From: Pseudomonadota bacterium
Lineage (GTDB): Bacteria; Bdellovibrionota_B; Oligoflexia; Silvanigrellales; Silvanigrellaceae
Assembly (NCBI GenBank): GCA_039799905.1
Contig: JBDLRP010000026.1
Location: forward strand, 64,001 to 128,000
DNA: 64,000 nt
Reading direction: 5' to 3'
The notes below the pieces were generated by a model. That model did not search any database, was not told the origin of the DNA, and saw only the letters and a list, made by a program, of their open reading frames with translations. The position numbers and the translations under genes were made by a program. Below, piece by piece: positions 40,542 to 49,110 of the stretch; the stretch's first letter is position 1, and each line of letters opens with the position of its first letter.

Positions 40542-42691
40542 TTTTTCTCCACCGCGACGACAATGCCATCGGCGTCAAATTTAGCCAAAAAGTAACCAGC
40601 AGGATCCAAAGCCTCGTGTCGTTTGGGAGTAAAAACCGGATTAAATGTTCTGCTCAGACCACGATACTCAGGAAGAACCTCAAGCGCGCCGCGAATGGCC
40701 TCTCGGTCGACCCGGCCTGCCTTTTTCACTGCCTCGGAGAGAATCATGACGAGATCATACGCATGAGCAAAACCCGCAGGTGCTTGAATCTGATTGAGGA
40801 CAACTGAACCGCGTGTCTTTTCAAAATACCTCAATATATTTTTCGCATTCTCCTGCGGAATGCGTGAAAATGAGAACGGCTGAAAGAATTCAACCGAGAT
40901 TTTTTTGAGAGATTCGGCCGCATTTTTGAAAAAGTTATGACTTGTAATTCCCCAATGCGATAGAATCTTAATCGACGCACGACGCTCCGCAAATGTATTG
41001 ACCGCAAGCGCACCCTCCGGGGAGTTGAGAACCATCAACACGGCCTCTGCGCCCGATGCTTCCACGGCCGACGCTTGAACATTGACTTCCCCGGCGCCGC
41101 GATCCACCCACTGAACGGACACAGGCTTGAGACCCACATTCATCAGCTCTTTTTCCATCGCCTGCAGACAGCTACGCCCCCAGACCGTATTCTCGAGTAA
41201 CAATGCAATTTTCTTTGTTGAGCGAACGGCCTCTCCGACTAGGAATCTGGCTACGTATTCGTCTCTGGCTCCCAAACGAAACACAAAGTTGGGTGAACGA
41301 CCGTTGTCCACAATGTCGACCGCTGCTGCCCACGGAATCAGATATGGAATCTTTTCTTCGTGAATGAAATCCAATTCAGATAGAACGACGTTGCTGTGTA
41401 TTCCGCCGATGACACCAATCAAACCGGGCGTCTTCTCCAATTTTTGCAGGTTTGCGATCCCACGCAAATTGATTCCGCCGTGATCGAGTGCTTCAACCCT
41501 GAGAGGGCGTCCGAGGATCCCCCCCTTTGCATTGATCTCTGAAACTGCAAACTCTGCTCCTGCGACAATCGACTTACCTGCAGTAGCAGCGCCCAGACTC
41601 AAATCTGCATTGATACCGACAACCAGTTCGTTTCGTGACGAGACGCTTTCTTCAGGAAGGCTGTCATCCAGATTAAACGGTTGCGGAAGACTCAAAGAGA
41701 ACTCGCGATTCCAGCGAAGGATGCTATCATTCCGAAGCGAGATAGTTTCCCTCGCAAATTCCAGCCTCTCCAGTTCAGTGAGCCGTTCGAGACGCATTCC
41801 AGAAGCGGCGGCCTTTTCGAGCAACGCCTTTTCCCTTTGTTGTGACAAATTTCTCTGGGCCTTGACGGTGTTCTTAAGCTCCCGCATCAACCCCTGACGC
41901 AGAGAGTCGGGCAGAGCAGAGAATTTCGCGCTGTTGAAACAAGGCAATTGCGCCGAGTAGCTGTGATTGCTGATGTTGAGGACCTTTTGCGGCTGAATCA
42001 ATTCCAGTTGTTCGATTTCCAGCAGGGAGCTTTCACTGCCCTCGACTGCATGGTCTGCTATTGCACGAGCCGTCTGGTGCGCATCGATCTGCACCGGAAG
42101 TGCACCCCACATCCGCATCTGTTCGGACATGATGGATGAACGGGCTGTTCTGATCTTGAGGCCGCGAAGATCATCCGGATTTCGTATCACTTTATCTACC
42201 ACAAAGTGCCTGAAACCGGCGTCGAAATGTTCAAAGCATTTGACTCCTTTTTTTTCAATTTCGGCGCGCAAGATGGAACCAATTTTTCCATCCAGCTGAG
42301 AGTTGGCGTCATCCCGTGACTGAAAGACAAACGGCAGGTCAATATATTCAATGGGAGGGTAAAGATGCGACAGTTGTGGGGTTGGGATGACAACAAGATC
42401 AAATTCACCGGCAAGTAGCCGGTCGACAGCTTTTTCGTCTGAACCTGCCGACTGTCGCGAACCAATGGTCACTTTGACTTCTGGCTGCAATCCTTCAATC
42501 AAGCGTCCCAGAGACTCGAGTGATTGATGAAGAGGTGAATCCTCAGGCTGACTGTGAACAATCTTGAAAGTGCGCACAGATTCGGCGTTCGTCCTGCCGT
42601 CCAGACGGCCCTTTAGTAGCACACTCAATAAAACTGCTGACACCACTATCAAGGAGCCAAACAGCAACACTATGGTTCTCTGCCGCAACAT
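40538..42691 (-). CDS. Fusion of TRAP DctP-type and LivJ/branched-chain-type solute-binding domains
   Basis: N-terminal anchor. DLPFVF, GFRH and DLRGLKIRT (DctP), then [15 protein letters not shown]...D and YDLV (LivJ type). Single open frame. Confidence 0.88.
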   Translation of the reverse strand: MLRQRTIVLLFGSLIVVSAVLLSVLLKGRLDGRTNAESVRTFKIVHSQPEDSPLHQSLESLGRLIEGLQPEVKVTIGSRQSAGSDEKAVDRLLAGEFDLVVIPTPQLSHLYPPIEYIDLPFVFQSRDDANSQLDGKIGSILRAEIEKKGVKCFEHFDAGFRHFVVDKVIRNPDDLRGLKIRTARSSIMSEQMRMWGALPVQIDAHQTARAIADHAVEGSESSLLEIEQLELIQPQKVLNISNHSYSAQLPCFNSAKFSALPDSLRQGLMRELKNTVKAQRNLSQQREKALLEKAAASGMRLERLTELERLEFARETISLRNDSILRWNREFSLSLPQPFNLDDSLPEESVSSRNELVVGINADLSLGAATAGKSIVAGAEFAVSEINAKGGILGRPLRVEALDHGGINLRGIANLQKLEKTPGLIGVIGGIHSNVVLSELDFIHEEKIPYLIPWAAAVDIVDNGRSPNFVFRLGARDEYVARFLVGEAVRSTKKIALLLENTVWGRSCLQAMEKELMNVGLKPVSVQWVDRGAGEVNVQASAVEASGAEAVLMVLNSPEGALAVNTFAERRASIKILSHWGITSHNFFKNAAESLKKISVEFFQPFSFSRIPQENAKNILRYFEKTRGSVVLNQIQAPAGFAHAYDLVMILSEAVKKAGRVDREAIRGALEVLPEYRGLSRTFNPVFTPKRHEALDPAGYFLAKFDADGIVVAVEKK

Positions 42692-42816
42692 ATTTCTCTC
42701 CACGCATCATTTTTCCAAAAAATCCCCTGCCGGCGACTTTTCTACAATCTGTGCTCCCGCTAAACTCGGGTGTTGAAAGATTAACACCGCCTGCTTCAAT
42801 TGCGGAGTCGCCATCT

Positions 42817-43224
42817 ATGACGCAACACGAAAACGAATCGCGAGAGATTGAGTTCATCAGACGCGAACTTGAGCTGGTGACCGATAAATTCGCCAAGGAT
42901 GGCATGAGCGACATTCTGGACGAGGTGCTTGATACATTTCTCAGTGAAGCTGACTCGCTCAAGGAATCCTACAGGGTTCAGCTGGACGCATGCGACCCCG
43001 CATCTTTTGCAAAAGTTGCGCACAACCTCAAAGGAACCTTTGGAGCGATCGGGCAAACGACTTTGAAAGAGACCATGGCAGAGCAAGAGAAGATGGCGCT
43101 TTCAAGGACGGTCGTCTGGAGCGATTTAAAGAACCGGTTTGTGGATTTTCAGCGCCAATTTGACGCCCTTTTTGAAGCTGTCTCGGAAATACGCCACAGA
43201 CGCGGAACTCGCAGGCAAAATTGA
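42817..43224 (+). CDS. Hpt histidine phosphotransfer protein
   Basis: Helical small protein with AHNLKGTFGAIG. GGAG RBS. Confidence 0.85.
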   Translation: MTQHENESREIEFIRRELELVTDKFAKDGMSDILDEVLDTFLSEADSLKESYRVQLDACDPASFAKVAHNLKGTFGAIGQTTLKETMAEQEKMALSRTVVWSDLKNRFVDFQRQFDALFEAVSEIRHRRGTRRQN

Positions 43225-43439
43225 TTTCGAAGAAGTGCCTTTTCCGGAGCATTTGCCGTTGATTTGGAAGACTTAAGAGCCCTCTTTATTTTTCGCCCTT
43301 TTGCGTTCGGTGCGGCAGCGATCGGAGCAATAACGCACTTCATCCCAGCAGCGTTCCCATTTTTTTCGCCAGTTGAATGGACGACCGCAGGCCTCACAGG
43401 GTTTGCTCGGCAAATTTGATTTTGTGTAACGTGTTTTCG

Positions 43440-44621
43440 TCACTTGCGGCACTGCTTTTCGAATTGGCTTTCATGGATGAAGGCGGGCACTCCGTCGCCG
43501 GCACCAAACTTTTTACCGCCCTTTTCAAACTGAACACTCGCCCACTTCTTAGCAACACCGCCCGACTCTACAACCTGATACCCGCGGATATAGACCTCGA
43601 AGCCTGATTCGAGCTTGGCCAAAACCGAAGAATACGAGTTGCTCTCGGCGCGCACATTTGCAGGTCCGTCGGCAGCTATTATTTTGCAGTAGATTCCGCT
43701 TGCACCAAAGAGAACTTGATTGGTAGCTGGGCTCGGCGACGGATTTGGATTCGTCTGTCCACCCGACCCCAGACACTCTTCATTTGCAATTTTCAGTGTG
43801 ACAACAGCCGCGACATCAGGCGCGAGCGAGTCACAGTTCGAAACATTCAGAGCACTCGCATCGCAGGCAAGCAAAGTTTTCTGCTGCGCAGAGTTGAATG
43901 ATTCCCCTTTTGCACTTTCAAGGCCCGTCGGGACAATCGGATCATCTACAAACCAACAATGTGGGGCGATGGTCGGACGAACCGACAATTGTGGTTTGAT
44001 GACCCTGTCGCCATGACGTCCTGCCGCAACTTGCTTTGCTGTAATCACAGGCGCAACCTCATGATTGATGTCCACCTTGCACATTCGCCTACCCAGCTGA
44101 TTTAAAGCTCGGCAAATTTGCGGGTCAGAAGCACGATCGGGAATGCAGTTCGGAGCAAAGCAATCTTGTCCGCTCATGCAATGCTGGACGATTCCGGTTC
44201 TTTCGATTCCCGTGTCGGGCTCGCGGCCACCGACAAGGTATGCATAAGAATTGAATTGCGTAGCCCAAAACTGGCCGCCCTGACCTTTGTCTTGGCCAAC
44301 CACACGCTGCGTCAGGAAATACATACGCGACTGATCGAACGAGGTGGTGAACACACATGCTTTTTGCAAGTTCACCGCTCCCTGCGACCCGTCTCTGAGC
44401 TTTTGGCCGCGGCCATTGAATACTACTGGATTGCGTGTCCACTCACAGTATTCTTCCTGAGAGTTGAATCCTGCCGGATGCTGCTTGCCAGTTCCGGAAC
44501 ACGGCCAATCGACAGTGGCGATGTTTTTCTTGACTGCCACGCCCGTCGGCTGGGCATTGTAGGTCCTTTGCTTGCAGGAAAGCAAAAGAGACGACAACAG
44601 GATTAGAATTTCGAAACGCAT
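43440..44621 (-). CDS. Cys-rich lipoprotein with C-terminal SH3b-like domain
   Basis: LLSC lipobox, many Cys, NPNPSPSP linker, ANVRAE..S.VLAKL..G...W..V...FIH. Confidence 0.7.
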   Translation of the reverse strand: MRFEILILLSSLLLSCKQRTYNAQPTGVAVKKNIATVDWPCSGTGKQHPAGFNSQEEYCEWTRNPVVFNGRGQKLRDGSQGAVNLQKACVFTTSFDQSRMYFLTQRVVGQDKGQGGQFWATQFNSYAYLVGGREPDTGIERTGIVQHCMSGQDCFAPNCIPDRASDPQICRALNQLGRRMCKVDINHEVAPVITAKQVAAGRHGDRVIKPQLSVRPTIAPHCWFVDDPIVPTGLESAKGESFNSAQQKTLLACDASALNVSNCDSLAPDVAAVVTLKIANEECLGSGGQTNPNPSPSPATNQVLFGASGIYCKIIAADGPANVRAESNSYSSVLAKLESGFEVYIRGYQVVESGGVAKKWASVQFEKGGKKFGAGDGVPAFIHESQFEKQCRK

Positions 44622-44631
44622 GTCCGCTTCC

Positions 44632-45981
44632 TTACTTCTTCGTCAGCTGAGTGACTATTTCAAATATATCCTGAGTTTCATTGATTGTCCGGCGGTTGAC
44701 CGCAAGGTGAAACTGCGGACCGTAGCCGAAATTTCTCAGCTGCGAAAAAGAGCGAGGTTCTTTGACAAATCCATGCCAGACAGTCGCTTTGTATTCTCCG
44801 GAACCGACGGCTGCAGGAGTTTTGTAAAGAGTCCGCAGACGATCCAAAATCTGCGGAGCCAGATGACACGCGACACAGTCACTATCGGATTGCGATATTT
44901 TTTTGGGATGAAGAATTTTTTGCACGGCATCAATATGTGCCGTTCGCGTTGCTGCCGACGATTCGGCATCAGGCAGCGTCGCCATGCCGGCAAGAGCCAG
45001 TTGCTTTGTTAGATTGATATCTGAAGGACTCAGGACACCTGCGGTCGTCGATGGTTTTCCTTCCTGAAACAATGTGTCATTGAAATTCGAAAACTTTCGT
45101 CCAGAAAATGTTCCTGTTTCAAATTTTTCTCCATTGCCGGAGACGGCCACATGACCGAAGGTCCATTCCTTCACACCAAGCGAACTCGTCATCCACGCAA
45201 CCAAAATCAAATTCTTTTGCTGAGCCCATTGGGTTATCAGCCGGCGCAGAGCAGCTGTGTAGGTTCCGTTGCAATTGCCAAGCTCATTGCGCAATGCATG
45301 ATGAGGACGCAGGAGTTGCGGATTGCCGTCCCATGCCGGCTCCCATGCCTCACTCGCCTCAACCTTCCGCGCAACAAGGCTTGTTTCTTGAATGTCATTT
45401 AAAAAGCCAGAGAGGTCTGTAATCATATATGCAAGGTGAATTGTAAAATCGCGCACAGCCCAAAGGCCATTGGTTTGTTTTTCAAAAGGCTGCGCCACAA
45501 GGCGAAGAACGTTGTTGCACGCTCTGCGGCTCTCAGTTGCCTGACCAGATGCTGGACGGCACGGGTCAAAACGCATGCCGGTAATTTTCCATGATCTGTA
45601 TTGGCAGGCGCTGGGGGCCAGCCCTTTGACGAGAGCGAGATGAACATCCTGACGAATAATTTCTTCATCACTAACAAAGAAGAATTGATCTTCAAGAGCA
45701 GTATCCCGACGACACTCACCTTTGCTGCCATTGAGTGCCAGCTCGGAGAATTTTTCGAAGGCCGGCTGAGGAAAGATGGTTCCCTCACTCAAAGACAATG
45801 CATTACAAAAACCATCGCCCGCTTTTTTAAATAATGCATCCGGAGCGGCGGATGACTTTAAAGGCCAAAGCACACTCACGTCCGAGGCTGTCAACGTCTG
45901 TCCCTGTGCCGGTAGGCTTTGCAACAGAGCAAACAAAGCACCAAAGAAACTGGCAATGCAAAACAGCTGCTTTTTCATCAT
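44632..45981 (-). CDS. Secreted protein with one CxxCH heme-binding motif
   Basis: Signal peptide (AQG-Q), RFDPC, DCVACH near the C-terminus. Confidence 0.7.
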   Translation of the reverse strand: MMKKQLFCIASFFGALFALLQSLPAQGQTLTASDVSVLWPLKSSAAPDALFKKAGDGFCNALSLSEGTIFPQPAFEKFSELALNGSKGECRRDTALEDQFFFVSDEEIIRQDVHLALVKGLAPSACQYRSWKITGMRFDPCRPASGQATESRRACNNVLRLVAQPFEKQTNGLWAVRDFTIHLAYMITDLSGFLNDIQETSLVARKVEASEAWEPAWDGNPQLLRPHHALRNELGNCNGTYTAALRRLITQWAQQKNLILVAWMTSSLGVKEWTFGHVAVSGNGEKFETGTFSGRKFSNFNDTLFQEGKPSTTAGVLSPSDINLTKQLALAGMATLPDAESSAATRTAHIDAVQKILHPKKISQSDSDCVACHLAPQILDRLRTLYKTPAAVGSGEYKATVWHGFVKEPRSFSQLRNFGYGPQFHLAVNRRTINETQDIFEIVTQLTKK

Positions 45982-46123
45982 GAAAAATATTTCCTTGTTT
46001 GTCTTTGAAGAAATAGTACCCGCAGCATCGGCTGTTGGGCAAATGGCGTCGGGTCAGCGAATTAAAAAAACCTCGTCTAGAAAAGACGAGGGCTGAGATT
46101 TATTTGACTTATATCTGCAAGAC

Positions 46124-46798
46124 TCAGGGCAGAACTTTCAACGCATTCAAAAAATTCAGTAGCGAAGTTTTATCTGCAGCCGAAAGTGCAGAGCCGAGTG
46201 GCATGCTTCCCTTCGATACTTCCGATGCAGCCGCCGATGACCATTGCTTGACCGACACGAAGTCCTTCATATTCGACTGACGGCCCACATGACACGTCTG
46301 ACACTTTGTGTCGATGATCGCTTTGATTCCTCCGTTATAGTCAGCCTGCAATTTTGCCATCGGATCAACGACTGGCGGCGGAGGAGCTGGCGGTGCCGGC
46401 GGCTGTGGAGCTGGTGGCGCCGGCGGCTGAGGAGCTGGTGGCGCCGGCGGCTGTGGAGCAGGTGGTGCTGGCGGCTGTGGAGCCGGTGGTGCCGGCGGCT
46501 GAGGGGTCGTTCCATCATTTACCGCTGCGTCATCATCGTCCTCATCATCGTCCTCATCGTCGTCTTCATCGTCGTCTTCATCGTTCTTTTGTTTTTTTGA
46601 TTTGCCTTTCTGTTTGGTCGTCGCTCCCTGACCATCTTTTGTTTTCATACCTGACTTCTTACCAAGCTCAAGTTGCTCATCAGCAGTGCCAGAAGCAAGG
46701 CTAGCGACCGCATCTTGCGAATTGGTATTATCCGTGCCGCATGAAACGGCCAAAATGGCAGAAAAACACACCACAAATGGGAACAATGGAAACCTCAT
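46124..46798 (-). CDS. Lipoprotein c-type cytochrome with acidic and Pro-rich linkers
   Basis: GAGGAGG RBS, AVSC lipobox, KCQTCH and downstream SMP (candidate Met ligand). Confidence 0.85.
   Translation of the reverse strand: MRFPLFPFVVCFSAILAVSCGTDNTNSQDAVASLASGTADEQLELGKKSGMKTKDGQGATTKQKGKSKKQKNDEDDDEDDDEDDDEDDDDAAVNDGTTPQPPAPPAPQPPAPPAPQPPAPPAPQPPAPPAPQPPAPPAPPPPVVDPMAKLQADYNGGIKAIIDTKCQTCHVGRQSNMKDFVSVKQWSSAAASEVSKGSMPLGSALSAADKTSLLNFLNALKVLP
46383..46504 (-). repeat. 24-bp coding tandem repeat, five PQPPAPPA units
   Basis: Periodic ggagctggtggcgccggcggctg-type units with synonymous variation. Confidence 0.9.
46531..46583 (-). repeat. 12-bp coding repeat (EDDD)n
   Basis: tcatcgtcgtct-type units encoding DEDDDEDDDEDDDEDDDD. 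Confidence 0.85.
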
Positions 46799-46841
46799 GA
46801 AAATCCTCCTCGATGAGATCGGAAAACAACTTCCATAGTTC

Positions 46842-46868
46842 GTATCGGCGTACTTTCAATTTTCTTTA
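46842..46868 (-). promoter_or_regulatory. Sigma-28 (FliA) promoter
   Basis: Minus strand TAAA-N15-GCCGATAC, one mismatch from TAAA-N15-GCCGATAA. Confidence 0.75.
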
Positions 46869-46965
46869 CCGAACTTCCTAAAATTGACTTAAATACAATT
46901 AAAACAGTAATTTAATCGAAATTATAGTAAAAAACATTTATCAAAACCGTAATTTTTATTTTAAG

Positions 46966-46997
46966 AAAAAAAATGCCGGCCACTCCATGTGGCCGGC
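46966..46997 (-). terminator. Intrinsic terminator
   Basis: Minus strand gccggccac-atgga-gtggccggc followed by a and an 8-T tract. Confidence 0.85.
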
Positions 46998-47113
46998 GGG
47001 AACCTTTCAGTCAGAACCAAGCACTCACTGTTTAGGGGGGGGGGACACAGAGAGAGTAAAATCATTGCGACAACAGGGGGGATAATTGCGCAACAATCGA
47101 AGCCCTGACTGAA
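46966..47113 (-). ncRNA. Candidate structured RNA / long 3' UTR downstream of the DoxX gene
   Basis: 9-bp inverted repeat (47006-47014 with 47105-47113) extended by G-U pairs on the minus strand, inner hairpin, C-rich tracts, then terminator. Confidence 0.35.
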
Positions 47114-47130
47114 TCTCGATACCGAATAAA

Positions 47131-47634
47131 TTAGAGCTTGCGTCCAAGCGCAGGAACAGGACCAACCTCGACTGCGCCGGCGCCCGAAAAATCATCCTCA
47201 CCATCAGAGAACGACTCCGATACATTCTCGTAACCAATAAGGTTGTCGACCGACCAACGCCCTGGACCAGTTACATAGATATTGAATGCAGCCAACAACA
47301 TCACCGGAGATAATTGCAGGATTGTATATTCTTCGGCAGACACCTGACCGAACATGTAGAAACCAAATGCGCCAAGCAGGATGGGCAGCTGCATGGCGGC
47401 CGCAATCCGAGTCAGGAATCCGAACAGCAACATCACACCGCCCGCCAAATGCGCAGCTATGATTAAATGACTGAGAAGGAATGAGACAAAAGGCAAGCGC
47501 TGCCCCGATAGCAGCTGTTCCAATTGATTTGAATCCGAGATAAAAGAAACTGCAACTGCCAGTATGATAAATCCAAAAGTCACCCGAAGAGTGTCACTGG
47601 CAACCGAACCGACTTTCTGAACATTGTTAATCAT
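47131..47634 (-). CDS. DoxX family membrane protein
   Basis: LRVTFG, GG..LLFGFLTRIAA, GPGRWSVD. AAGGAG RBS. Confidence 0.88.
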   Translation of the reverse strand: MINNVQKVGSVASDTLRVTFGFIILAVAVSFISDSNQLEQLLSGQRLPFVSFLLSHLIIAAHLAGGVMLLFGFLTRIAAAMQLPILLGAFGFYMFGQVSAEEYTILQLSPVMLLAAFNIYVTGPGRWSVDNLIGYENVSESFSDGEDDFSGAGAVEVGPVPALGRKL

Positions 47635-47676
47635 CGCGATTCTCCTTCAAGAGTTGGAACACTTCCTTCACTACTC

Positions 47677-47703
47677 TTTTCGGAGTTGTAATTCGTAACT
47701 TGA
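47677..47703 (-). promoter_or_regulatory. Sigma-28 (FliA)-like promoter
   Basis: Minus strand TCAA-N15-TCCGAAAA. Confidence 0.55.
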
Positions 47704-47780
47704 GTTTTTTTACAACAAATTGATACTATTGATCATTATTACATCAAAAATCAAACAAAAGAAGAAAATACAAATAAAAA

Positions 47781-49013
47781 TCACACCCCAAAAGACATGG
47801 CGTACGTGCGTACACTTGTGTTCTTGCCGCGAAGAACATCCTCAGACACAAAATGAAGACCGTCACGGCGACTGAGCCGCTCGTAAACAGCCTCGCTGGC
47901 GAGAATATCGACACGATGCTTTTTCGTGAGAGATTCAATCCTGGAAGCCGTATTCACGGTGTCACCTATGACAGTGTACTCACGGCGAAACCTCGCACCC
48001 ACATCACCGACTACAGCCAATCCTGAATGAAGACCGATTCCAATGTTGAGCGACGGCTCACCACGCTGCGCACGGACTGCGTTCAGTTCTGCAATCGCCT
48101 TGCGCATGCGAAGAGCGCAATCGACCGCCCGGTCGGCATGTGCAGGGTTGTAAACGGGTGCCCCGAAATAGGCCATCACTGCATCACCGATATACTTGTC
48201 GAGTGTGCCACCGGTTTCGAAAATACAAGCGACCAATTTTTCATGAACCTCATTCAACAGCCTGACAACATCCTGACCCGACATCGACTCGCTGATTTTT
48301 GTGAAATCTCGGATGTCGGCAAACAACACGGTTATCTCCATTTCCTTGCCCGATTCGTTTATTTCCTGATTGGACTGCAAGTGCTGAGCGACTGAGGGCG
48401 AAAAATAACGCGACAACTTTTCCAGTCTCATATGCTCATCGAATGAACGTCTGACCAAAACGTGCAGCCGGCTCGACTTAACGTGAGTCGCAACGACTGC
48501 CACAATAATCAAAAGAACCGCAATGTACCTTGAATCGGGAGGAACTCTCGTTTCGGCATGAAGAATAACTGTCAGGGTGATCGCCATCACCGCGGTGACG
48601 ATGGATTGCAGGAAGCTGAAATAGAATCCGGAAAGATTTATGAAAAACAGCATGAAAGACAAGCCAAGCAGCCCCGTGGCTATTTGACCCTGAAGACCTT
48701 TGCCCTGCGCCCACGTTTCGAGAATTAAAAATGTGAATGGGATATCAAGAAGCGGTATCGCAAAGGTACTCGCATTGCGCACGGTCTGGCTTTGTCTGGA
48801 TGCAATCCAAAGAAGCGCAGCAACCGTGGAGTAAAGCAAGAAGATAAGCTCCTTGCCGCGAAAGGTTTGCAGGCCAAAGCCCCAACCCATAATCAAATGC
48901 AGAGCAAAAAAAACAGAGACGGTAAAAAGCCGTATGGCAGCAAGTCGACGAACATTACCAAGCCGCTCTGTTTCCAACTCGCGCGCGAGTGACTCGATGA
49001 CTTTTTTGCTCAT
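47781..49013 (-). CDS. Membrane-bound class III adenylate cyclase
   Basis: About six TMs, LFADIRDFT, DKYIGD, IGLHSG, YTVIGDTVNTASRIE. Lys/Thr pair suggests ATP specificity. Start could be 49052. Confidence 0.9.
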   Translation of the reverse strand: MSKKVIESLARELETERLGNVRRLAAIRLFTVSVFFALHLIMGWGFGLQTFRGKELIFLLYSTVAALLWIASRQSQTVRNASTFAIPLLDIPFTFLILETWAQGKGLQGQIATGLLGLSFMLFFINLSGFYFSFLQSIVTAVMAITLTVILHAETRVPPDSRYIAVLLIIVAVVATHVKSSRLHVLVRRSFDEHMRLEKLSRYFSPSVAQHLQSNQEINESGKEMEITVLFADIRDFTKISESMSGQDVVRLLNEVHEKLVACIFETGGTLDKYIGDAVMAYFGAPVYNPAHADRAVDCALRMRKAIAELNAVRAQRGEPSLNIGIGLHSGLAVVGDVGARFRREYTVIGDTVNTASRIESLTKKHRVDILASEAVYERLSRRDGLHFVSEDVLRGKNTSVRTYAMSFGV

Positions 49014-49110
49014 TCGCCTCTGCCCTCCGAATCCCGAAAAGACTTTGTCCATCGAACAGAATCATTCAGAGAATCGCACACAGCACAGGATCGGCGGTAG
49101 GCAAAATTTT

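Noticed and set aside
43149..43397. 82-aa minus-strand ORF in the gap after Hpt
   Set aside because: Overlaps the Hpt gene, with no RBS or motif support.
46383..46583. Tandem repeats as a possible CRISPR array
   Set aside because: No spacers, in-frame coding periodicity, no cas genes.
47035..47044. G10 tract as a phase-variation switch
   Set aside because: Not in a CDS or evident promoter spacer. Treated as part of the candidate RNA.
47781..49013. Cyclase as a Pycsar/CBASS defence component
   Set aside because: Ordinary membrane class III cyclase with ATP-type residues and no adjacent effector.
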